Shown: piece after piece, positions 39,004 through 46,938 of the stretch
Layout: every line of letters starts with the position of its first letter
How positions within the stretch are numbered: position 1 is the stretch's first letter
NCBI GenBank assembly: GCA_964400065.1
Contig: CAYNSM010000002.1
Location: 1-58,359 of the forward strand
DNA: 58,359 nt
Source: an uncultured Planctomycetales bacterium
GTDB taxonomy: Bacteria > Omnitrophota > Gorgyraeia > Zapsychrales > JANLHA01
Reading direction: 5' to 3'
Made by a program: the position numbers and the translations under genes
Notes under the pieces: model-generated
The model's input: the letters and a program-made list of their open reading frames with translations, nothing else
Database searches by the model: none
Told to the model about the DNA's origin: nothing

Positions 39004-40013
39004 ACCAAAGTCTCATCCGCCTTAATATTCTTCTGTGCCTGCCGGCCAATGACTTTCTTTATGTCCATAGGAAATATTCCTGTTCCTGGACGTTTTATAA
39101 CAATATCCGAACTTAAAATTTTTTCACCTTTTGCAATATTTCTAACTGCTGTTAAACTTTTACGTGCAGCCAAACGACAAGAAGCTTCACAAAAAGCGGG
39201 AACTTTCTTGCCATTTCCTAACGCACTTTCTACCAAACGGATATTTTCAACCATTTCCTTAAATTCTTTGGGCTCTACCGAGGCACGATGATCCGGACCG
39301 GACAAATTACAATTAATTGTCAAATGTTTTTCAATGACCCTCGCCCCCAAAGCCACAGCAACCGGAGCAATCAAAATCCCGTCGCTATGATCCGAAAAAC
39401 CAACCGGCAGACCAAACGCCTTTTGTAAAGTACCGATCGCCTTTAGGTTCAACTGCGCAAAAGGCGCAGGATAATCCGTGACACAATGCAAAAGAGTCAA
39501 TCGCCTATTCCCGGTTGAAAAGATACTTTTAACGGCCTGACGAACTTCTTGCAAAGTCGACATTCCTGTCGACAAAATCATCGGTTTTCCTTTGTAAGCG
39601 ATATACTTGAGAAATTCCAAATTTGTTATCTCCCCCGAGGGGATCTTAAAAATCTTCATCTGTAATTTATCAAGCAAATCCGAACTTTCCTGATCAAACG
39701 CTGTTGATAAAAATAAAATCTGGTGTTGACGGCAAAACTTAAACAACACCAAATGATCACGAGGACTTAATTCCAGCTCCTTGAGCATGGTAAACTGCGT
39801 TTGATCTTGCGCAGTTAACTTTTTTTGATAGTCCGCTTTCGCGGCCATTGTCGTAACTAAATTCTGTGCCCTGAAAGTCTGAAACTTCACAGCGTCGGCA
39901 CCCGCGGCTTTTGCAGCCTTTATCAACTGCTTGGCAAGACTTAATTTGCCGTTATGATTAACCCCAGCTTCAGCAATAATAAAAGTCCGCAAACCTGCAT
40001 TTGGATTCTTCAT
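38985..40013 (-). CDS. neuB: N-acylneuraminate / legionaminate synthase (NeuB family, PEP-dependent)
   Basis: 342 aa with FIIAEAGVNHNGKLSLAKQLIKAAKAAGADAVKFQTF, GFSDHS and a C-terminal SAF-like domain (IKRPGTGI). Confidence 0.92.
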   Translation of the reverse strand: MKNPNAGLRTFIIAEAGVNHNGKLSLAKQLIKAAKAAGADAVKFQTFRAQNLVTTMAAKADYQKKLTAQDQTQFTMLKELELSPRDHLVLFKFCRQHQILFLSTAFDQESSDLLDKLQMKIFKIPSGEITNLEFLKYIAYKGKPMILSTGMSTLQEVRQAVKSIFSTGNRRLTLLHCVTDYPAPFAQLNLKAIGTLQKAFGLPVGFSDHSDGILIAPVAVALGARVIEKHLTINCNLSGPDHRASVEPKEFKEMVENIRLVESALGNGKKVPAFCEASCRLAARKSLTAVRNIAKGEKILSSDIVIKRPGTGIFPMDIKKVIGRQAQKNIKADETLVWAKIK

Positions 40014-40657
40014 TTTCGACTATGCTTTCTTACGTAAGCGGGAACGCCCATATAAATCCCCGCTTTTTCAATATTCCTAACAACGACCGCTCCGGCACCA
40101 ATCAAGCAATCGCTGGCAATCGAGCAACACTGAATAACCTTAACACCCGTACCCAACAAACAGTTATCTGCGACTTTAACCCCTCCACTTAAAACAGCCC
40201 CCGGAGCAATATGCACAAAATTTCCAATGCAGCAATCATGGTCAATAAGACATCCTGTATTTAAAATTGAGTATTCTCCAACGCGTGTCCCAGCGTTAAC
40301 AACAACAGAATCAAAAACAACTGTCCCCTCACCTAACCGTACATCTTCATTTACAATCGCCGTCGGAGAAACAAGCAAAGGCAGTTGAAAACCCAAATCC
40401 GTTAATTGCGCAACAATCTCCTGCCTCTTATTAGAAAGACTTGTTGTGCCAATCCCCAACGCTGCACTGCAACGATACTTTTTCTTAAGCGTACTTAAAT
40501 CCTTATCACAACCGATCCAAGGAATTTCTAAAATTCTACCCTGATCATGAACATCGACATACCCAATAACCCTAAAGCGCTTGATCTTTTTAATCACGCT
40601 AATAACAGATTTGGCATGCCCACCGCCGCCGAGGACTAAAATATTCTTAACCGCCAT
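40010..40657 (-). CDS. NeuD/PglD-type hexapeptide-repeat N-acetyltransferase
   Basis: The track start is TTG 40678; ATG 40657 gives MAVKNILVLGGGGHAK, typical of NeuD/PglB/PglD proteins. The C-terminus has left-handed beta-helix repeats (IGNFVHIAPGAVLSGGVKVADNCLLGTGVKV). Confidence 0.85.
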   Translation of the reverse strand: MAVKNILVLGGGGHAKSVISVIKKIKRFRVIGYVDVHDQGRILEIPWIGCDKDLSTLKKKYRCSAALGIGTTSLSNKRQEIVAQLTDLGFQLPLLVSPTAIVNEDVRLGEGTVVFDSVVVNAGTRVGEYSILNTGCLIDHDCCIGNFVHIAPGAVLSGGVKVADNCLLGTGVKVIQCCSIASDCLIGAGAVVVRNIEKAGIYMGVPAYVRKHSRK

Positions 40658-40681
40658 AACGCTTAGGACTCCATGCAAAAA

Positions 40682-41656
40682 CTACCTCAATGCGCCTTCA
40701 ATGGTCTTATTAGCCACAGGCGAATTGCTTTTTACTTGTTGAAGTTGCGCAATAAAACTCATCATCCGATAATCTTCGTGAGGATGATTTGTTTTTATCA
40801 ATTGAGCCGCCTGCAAATCATACCCAGCACTTTTTAAAAGCGCCGGATAATGATGCATAAAAAAATTATTCCTAAAAAGAACGCTCTGCTTAAGCTCTTG
40901 GGAAAACTCATAGGTATCAAATGTCTCATGGCTTACGCCAAATTGTTCAAACCCCACGATGTACTTAAACTCAACATCTTTGACAACCTGATATAAGCGT
41001 TGAATAAAACTCCTCGGCAAATACACCAAAGTTCGGGCATGAAAAAAAACGGCATTTGAAAAATTTTTACCCTGTAAATATTCAAAAATGTCGCCAGTAA
41101 TAAACTCCATGTTCTTAACATCCGAAAAACTATCTTCATTAAACATTTGTGTATACTTTGAGCGGTCGATCCCGATAAACTTAACGTCAGGAAACTGCTT
41201 TGCCAAAACACTGTCAACGTAAGCGTAACAAACACCAAAGTTAAAAAATATTTTTATGCTTTTGTCAGATTTAAGCAGCGCAGCAACTTGACTGATGGCC
41301 TGCTCATATAACACAGAGGACTCAGACACAGATTGCGTAAAATCCTTTAATTTTAATTGGTCATAATACTTATATGTGACCATAAGCTCGCGTACTTCGT
41401 CGGCATAACCATATGCCGAACCAAACTTTTGCGCGTCTTTGATATTACCATGCAAAAGAGCGATGGAATCTAAACGACTCTTTTCTTCGTGTCGCAAATT
41501 CCCCAAGAAAATAAACCGATACCCTATGAAGCGAAGCATTTTGCTAAGAAACGGCAATCGATACACCAGCTTTTGAAAAGCCATGCGGCTGGCAAACCGT
41601 ATCCTAAACCACAACGACACCGGAATTCGTAATTCCTTCACATCAACTGCGGCCAT
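40682..41656 (-). CDS. hypothetical protein, possibly a divergent Rossmann-fold methyltransferase
   Basis: 324 aa with strong SD GAGGAGG. The beta-strand/acidic pattern IKIFFNFGVCYAYVD...FIGIDRS...FITGDIF...AVFFHARTLVYLP loosely follows class I methyltransferase motifs I-IV, but there is no GxGxG. Confidence 0.3.
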   Translation of the reverse strand: MAAVDVKELRIPVSLWFRIRFASRMAFQKLVYRLPFLSKMLRFIGYRFIFLGNLRHEEKSRLDSIALLHGNIKDAQKFGSAYGYADEVRELMVTYKYYDQLKLKDFTQSVSESSVLYEQAISQVAALLKSDKSIKIFFNFGVCYAYVDSVLAKQFPDVKFIGIDRSKYTQMFNEDSFSDVKNMEFITGDIFEYLQGKNFSNAVFFHARTLVYLPRSFIQRLYQVVKDVEFKYIVGFEQFGVSHETFDTYEFSQELKQSVLFRNNFFMHHYPALLKSAGYDLQAAQLIKTNHPHEDYRMMSFIAQLQQVKSNSPVANKTIEGALR

Positions 41657-41708
41657 AATGACCTCCTCATCTATAGAGATTAAAATTCACTTCCCCCCAA
41701 AAAAAATA

Positions 41709-42671
41709 TTACCTTGCGCTAGATATCTTTTGAGCTAACGCCATGGTTTTATAACTTTCTCGGAGATTTACAGAGGGCCAGGACAACTTTTTCCCGCGCA
41801 CCATCTTGACAAAAGCAACCAACTGTTCATAAAACCCCGCCTTAAACTTTAGGTCACAATCTTGCGGTTCAATTACATGCTGCACAAAATTTTTATCTGT
41901 CCATGTCCCTTTTTCTAATGGCTTAAATTCGACGGTAACGCCATCGCCATACAAAACCACACGCCACCCACCGGGCGAGTACCAATGCGCCTGATATTGC
42001 CCTAAAGCGCCCGACTTAAATTCCACAACCGCTGCAAATTGATCACCCAAAGCTTCACTAAAACGACGTTTAGAAACAGCTTTTACCTTCTTTACCTCGC
42101 CGCCAAAAAACCTCAACAAATCAATTGTGTGCGTGCTATTAGCATAAATCCAGTGATCCAAAACTTTCTTGGAAAATTTCTTAGCATCTCGCACCCGCCA
42201 CATCCTCTCATGCCCCTCGATAAAAACGCCCAAAAGTGGACCGTGCTGACGAATGATCTTAAGCCCCTGATGAAAAATCGAATAATAGCGACGATTAAAT
42301 CCGACCATTGTCAGCACTTTTCTTTTTTGGGCTTCCTTAGCCAACTGCAAATTTTGCTTTGGATTTAAACCTGCTGGCTTTTCTAAAAACAACGGCAAGC
42401 CGAATTTTAGTGCCTTTCGCGCAACAGGAAAAATTTGATCTTCACTAACTAAAATCAAAAGCGCATCCGGCTGAGATTTTTTAACTAAAGAATCAATATT
42501 CGCATAAATATTGCGAATACCAAACTCGTCGGCCAAGGTTTGCGCCTTTGACAAAGTGCGCGAACTTATCCCAACAAGATCAATATCCGCTAAAGACTTT
42601 AGAACGGCCAAATGCTCCCGGGCCACCCACCCTGCTCCGATTAAAGCCATTTTAATTCTTTTTGCGTTCAT
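41709..42671 (-). CDS. Gfo/Idh/MocA family oxidoreductase
   Basis: The track start is TTG 42692; ATG 42671 lies 5 nt after the upstream stop. IKMALIGAGWVAREH and EKPAGL motifs. Confidence 0.85.
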   Translation of the reverse strand: MNAKRIKMALIGAGWVAREHLAVLKSLADIDLVGISSRTLSKAQTLADEFGIRNIYANIDSLVKKSQPDALLILVSEDQIFPVARKALKFGLPLFLEKPAGLNPKQNLQLAKEAQKRKVLTMVGFNRRYYSIFHQGLKIIRQHGPLLGVFIEGHERMWRVRDAKKFSKKVLDHWIYANSTHTIDLLRFFGGEVKKVKAVSKRRFSEALGDQFAAVVEFKSGALGQYQAHWYSPGGWRVVLYGDGVTVEFKPLEKGTWTDKNFVQHVIEPQDCDLKFKAGFYEQLVAFVKMVRGKKLSWPSVNLRESYKTMALAQKISSAR

Positions 42672-42676
42672 ATTCT

Positions 42677-43657
42677 TTATGTCGCCGGACAAAATTGATT
42701 CTGAGTTTTTAATAATCGGTTAAAATGCGGCAACGTTTCCGTTAAAAGATAGTGATGGGCCAGCCAGCATTCTTGCAGTGTCGGCAAAGCACAAACATTA
42801 CAGGCAAAAATATCCGAACAAAAAATTTTAGTCGTATAACTGACTCGAATATTTGTCACAACCGGAATTTTTTGCCAAGCCCCACCTTCGATACTTTCCT
42901 CTGCCCAACCGCTTATGACATCGACGACAAACCTCGCGCGGCAAGTTGTAATCGTGACAATATCCGAAGCTAAATGATCAGCAGCATAAGACAGGATAAA
43001 TTTGCCGCCCTTCGAAGAATAGCCGGTCAAAATTCCGCTTAAGTCAAAAAGGTCTTTTCCTCTTTTGGATGGATGCAAAATCGGATCAATCAAAGCTCCT
43101 GCTGGATAAATTTCTGGACTTTGGTCATAGAAACGGAACAGATCAACATAATGAATGCCGTTACAAATCAGGCCGTGATTCCCACCTATTTCGCTAAAAA
43201 TAACCGGTTCATGAGGATCAAGTTTAGACTTGATGTACTGATGAACAGCATAAGACCTAGTTGGACAATTGACCCAAATACTTAAATTCTTTTGCTTTGC
43301 AAAAGCCAAAAGTTCTTGATATTCGCCCACTGACTGAGCAACTAATTTTTCAATAATAAATTTAGTCACACCGGTCTTTTCAAAAATTTCCTTAATCAGT
43401 TTTAAACGACCAAAAGCGGAAGTTGCTAAAATGCAAAGATCAACACTTTGAGAAGAGCTCTCGATTGCCCCAAGCCACCGATAAAGAATTTTTGAATTTT
43501 TATCCGTAAGCTCATTTAGGCGCGCCTGTCCTAAAGCCAAAGAACTCTCATTGCAATCGATCACATCAACGCTGGCAACTTCAGGCAAACACCCAACCGC
43601 CTGCAAGTGGCGACTGCCGATTTGTCCACACCCGACGAGCAAAACCCGTTTAGACAT
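42677..43657 (-). CDS. Gfo/Idh/MocA-like NAD(P)-binding oxidoreductase
   Basis: 326 aa with N-terminal VLLVGCGQIGSRHLQA and an EKL motif. The C-terminal half is divergent. Confidence 0.6.
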   Translation of the reverse strand: MSKRVLLVGCGQIGSRHLQAVGCLPEVASVDVIDCNESSLALGQARLNELTDKNSKILYRWLGAIESSSQSVDLCILATSAFGRLKLIKEIFEKTGVTKFIIEKLVAQSVGEYQELLAFAKQKNLSIWVNCPTRSYAVHQYIKSKLDPHEPVIFSEIGGNHGLICNGIHYVDLFRFYDQSPEIYPAGALIDPILHPSKRGKDLFDLSGILTGYSSKGGKFILSYAADHLASDIVTITTCRARFVVDVISGWAEESIEGGAWQKIPVVTNIRVSYTTKIFCSDIFACNVCALPTLQECWLAHHYLLTETLPHFNRLLKTQNQFCPAT

Positions 43658-44624
43658 TGTAAACCTCGGCTTTATACAAATCTAACCGGCTTTCAAACCA
43701 ATGAATCGTTTCTTTAAGTCCAGATTTAAGATCGACCTGCGGCTTCCAATGGGTAAATTTTTGCAGCTTTGTGCTATCGGCGCATAAACGTTCGACTTCA
43801 CTCTCCTTAACGCGCATTCTTTGATCCTGAGAAATGGCTTGAATATTACAATTTGTCAATGCGCCAATTTCTTTAACCAAATCCGCGACAGAAATTTCCT
43901 GCCCCCATCCGACATTAAGGACTTGGCCGAGAACATCCGAAGCTTGATAAATTTCCCAAAAAGCTTGGGCCGTATCACGAACAAACGTAAAATCTCTCGT
44001 CGGATTAAGATTGCCGAGTTTAATTTGTTTTTGCCCAGATAAAGCCTGGACAATAATGGTTGGAATAATCGCGCGAGCTGATTGCCTAGGACCGTAAGTA
44101 TTAAAAGGACGGACAACTTTGACGGGTAAACCAAATGACCGGTAATAACTCAGCGCCAATTGATCGGCGGCAATTTTGCTGGCCGCATACGGTGATTGCG
44201 CCACCAAAGGATGCTGTTCATTAATCGGCACATATTGGGCGGTGCCATAGGTTTCGCTTGTTGACGTAATTAAAATCTCTTTTAGGTCATGTTCTTTGGC
44301 GGCCTCTAAAATGTTATATGTTCCTTCAATATTTGTTTTGATATACGCCAGCGGCGAAACATAGGAATATGGAATGCCGATAAGAGCAGCCAAATGAAAA
44401 ACTGCGTCGCACCCTTTAATAGCTTTAGAAACACTGTCATAATCGCGAATATCACCGGTTATAATCTCAACATCATTCTTGACATCGCAGTCCTCTAACC
44501 AGCCCCACTGGTTTTTGGAATTGTACCTAACCAAAGCCTTGAGTGCCAATCCTTTCTCAACACACAACTGCATCAAATGCGACCCGATAAACCCAGCCGC
44601 ACCCGTAACAAGAACCTTTTTCAT
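43650..44624 (-). CDS. NAD-dependent NDP-sugar epimerase/dehydratase (candidate LegB-type 4,6-dehydratase)
   Basis: 324 aa with VTGAAGFIGSH, TSTSETYG, YAASKIAADQ and RPFNTYGPRQ. Confidence 0.8.
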   Translation of the reverse strand: MKKVLVTGAAGFIGSHLMQLCVEKGLALKALVRYNSKNQWGWLEDCDVKNDVEIITGDIRDYDSVSKAIKGCDAVFHLAALIGIPYSYVSPLAYIKTNIEGTYNILEAAKEHDLKEILITSTSETYGTAQYVPINEQHPLVAQSPYAASKIAADQLALSYYRSFGLPVKVVRPFNTYGPRQSARAIIPTIIVQALSGQKQIKLGNLNPTRDFTFVRDTAQAFWEIYQASDVLGQVLNVGWGQEISVADLVKEIGALTNCNIQAISQDQRMRVKESEVERLCADSTKLQKFTHWKPQVDLKSGLKETIHWFESRLDLYKAEVYNV

Positions 44625-45628
44625 GCATTACCCTCACACTTTTGAAATTTAATCAACCGGCGAATCAACGACTTTAACTTTACCGCTATAGATTTTTGCA
44701 TGAAATCAAAAATTAAAATCACCCGGCACTGCCATTGCGCCAAAAAACTATACCATTTTTTAAAACGCGGATCACAGCTTTGAAATATCGTAAATATCTT
44801 TTCAAAATCAGCCCTTTGCCCTTTACTCAGAAGCCCCCAACTGACTGTTCGCAAAAATTGCCAGACAAAGTCATAAGCCCAGCGCCGTGTCTTTGAATCA
44901 ATTCTTAAAGGATCATCATGGCGACTGAGTATTATATACATATCTTCAAAACATTTAGGCGATGCGCTTAACGCTGCGCTTGAATTTCCAGGCCATGACC
45001 GCCGACAAGATATAACGTCCTTTAAAAAATAAGCCGCGTCGCCTGCCTTGGTCATACGTAGATACATGTCCGTATCGACAATCCAGTTAAGTCCATAAAT
45101 ATCATACCCGCCAACTTGCTTAACACTCTGAGTACGAAACAAAATTTCACTGGGCGACGGGATATACTTTCCTTGGTAAACCCAGCGATGATATTCCTCG
45201 GCACTAATAAGCCCTCGCAAACCTCTGGTACCGCTAAAAACAAGCTGATTATCTTGCGAATAATGTTCATACGCGCCAGAAACAATACCAACCTGCGGAT
45301 AACTTTCCATAACGGAAACGGTTTTTTCTAAAAAATCTTTTTTATAAAAATCATCCGCGAATAAAATACCGCAATACGGCGTTTGAGATGACTCCAAAGC
45401 CTTTTTCCAATTAGGAAGCATGCCGATATTCGTTTCATTACAAAAATAATGCAAGCGTGCATCAACAAACGAATGAATAATTTCGGCCGTCTTGTCCGTC
45501 GAGCAATTGTCAAAAATATTCAATATAAAATCAGAACGCGTCTGCCGCAAAACCGACTCAATGGCCTGAGCAATAAAACGTTCGCCATTATAAACCGGAA
45601 TAGCGATAGTAGCAATCGGACCCTTCAT
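44621..45628 (-). CDS. GT2 family glycosyltransferase
   Basis: 335 aa with IAIPVYNGERFIAQAIESVLRQT, FDNCSTDKT and a DDF (DxD-like) region. Confidence 0.85.
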   Translation of the reverse strand: MKGPIATIAIPVYNGERFIAQAIESVLRQTRSDFILNIFDNCSTDKTAEIIHSFVDARLHYFCNETNIGMLPNWKKALESSQTPYCGILFADDFYKKDFLEKTVSVMESYPQVGIVSGAYEHYSQDNQLVFSGTRGLRGLISAEEYHRWVYQGKYIPSPSEILFRTQSVKQVGGYDIYGLNWIVDTDMYLRMTKAGDAAYFLKDVISCRRSWPGNSSAALSASPKCFEDMYIILSRHDDPLRIDSKTRRWAYDFVWQFLRTVSWGLLSKGQRADFEKIFTIFQSCDPRFKKWYSFLAQWQCRVILIFDFMQKSIAVKLKSLIRRLIKFQKCEGNA

Positions 45629-45654
45629 GATTTTTTATCTCTTTTCAACAAAGT

Positions 45655-46938
45655 TTACGTCAAAGATTCCGCGCATTCTTTCCCACTTAAAAGCGCCTCA
45701 TCACTCCAAAGATACGCCCATTGCCCAAAACGTCCGCAATAGCTAATACCATTCTCATCCAAAAACTGATGAATAATCTTAAGCGCAGAACTTCGATCAT
45801 GATCATAAAGAACATAGCCGTAAGGAATATCAATCTCACCTAAATAATGCAGTTGACTAGCATCAATTTGTTCGGTGCGTTGAATACTTGCAGTCACCTT
45901 TTCTAAAAGCTCTTTGCGATTTGCCGGCAAAGGTTTATACGCCGAATAAACCACTTCCGCCTGCAAAGCCTCAGCGTGCAATGGCGCATTACACGCAGAC
46001 AATTTGGAAACATAAACCAAGCGAGTGTAAGGGATATCTTCATCGTAATAATAATTCCACTCCCCTCGCGCCTGTACCTTGCGGTCAACCAAAAAATTAA
46101 ACATTAACAACGAAGTCCATTTAAGTCGATCGCACGCCTGCGAAACTTTTTGCGGAAGAGAATGAAAACACTTCACTAATTCTGGCAAAGGAATAGTAGA
46201 AACCAAATGCTCGTAAGGATATATTCTTCCATCAGTTAAGGTGATTTTTTTACTTTTTACATCAATCAAACAAGCGACGACATTATAAGAAAAACGCAAA
46301 CCATCCGCCATTTTTGTCAAAAATGAAACATATCCTCCTTGACGAGGATACCGCACCTTGCGGATATAATGACCACGGTCTTGATTTTTACCCTGCGAAC
46401 CGTCAATGATCGTTTGCAAATCAGGGCGACTAAACCGCGCGCCTACCCAATCTGTGGTCAACTCTTGCGGATCAACCGTCCAAAACTTGCGCGTATAACG
46501 ATGATTAAAATTTTGTGCAAAATATTTTCCGAATTGCGCCTCGCACCAATCCCTATAATTACGGATATCCGTCCGGGGCTTATTACGGGCTTCCTTAAAT
46601 CCCAAAAGAACACTTTTGATCACATCCGCTGGCAAGCCATAAAGATTATTCTGCGGTTGATGTTTTAGCCAATACCCGTTCCAATAATTCATCGGACAAA
46701 CATCAACTTCAGCAAACTCTCCGCCAACCGATTCCTCAAAAAGTTTTTTGACATATTCGCTTTCGGTAAACGAAACTTTCGCGCCATAATCATAAACGCA
46801 ATTATTCTGCTGCAACGAACAGCATAAACCGCCAAAACTACCGGACTTTTCAACCAAAAGTGGGTCAAAACCTCTTTGTTTTAAATGATATCCCGCACTT
46901 AAACCCGCGATGCCAGCACCCAAAATGACAGTATTCAT
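45655..46938 (-). CDS. FAD/NAD(P)-binding oxidoreductase (amine oxidase / UDP-galactopyranose mutase superfamily)
   Basis: ATG 46938 shares its A with the rfbH TGA (TGATG). N-terminal VILGAGIAGLSAGYHLKQRGFDPLLVEKSGSFGG dinucleotide-binding motif. Confidence 0.7.
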   Translation of the reverse strand: MNTVILGAGIAGLSAGYHLKQRGFDPLLVEKSGSFGGLCCSLQQNNCVYDYGAKVSFTESEYVKKLFEESVGGEFAEVDVCPMNYWNGYWLKHQPQNNLYGLPADVIKSVLLGFKEARNKPRTDIRNYRDWCEAQFGKYFAQNFNHRYTRKFWTVDPQELTTDWVGARFSRPDLQTIIDGSQGKNQDRGHYIRKVRYPRQGGYVSFLTKMADGLRFSYNVVACLIDVKSKKITLTDGRIYPYEHLVSTIPLPELVKCFHSLPQKVSQACDRLKWTSLLMFNFLVDRKVQARGEWNYYYDEDIPYTRLVYVSKLSACNAPLHAEALQAEVVYSAYKPLPANRKELLEKVTASIQRTEQIDASQLHYLGEIDIPYGYVLYDHDRSSALKIIHQFLDENGISYCGRFGQWAYLWSDEALLSGKECAESLT

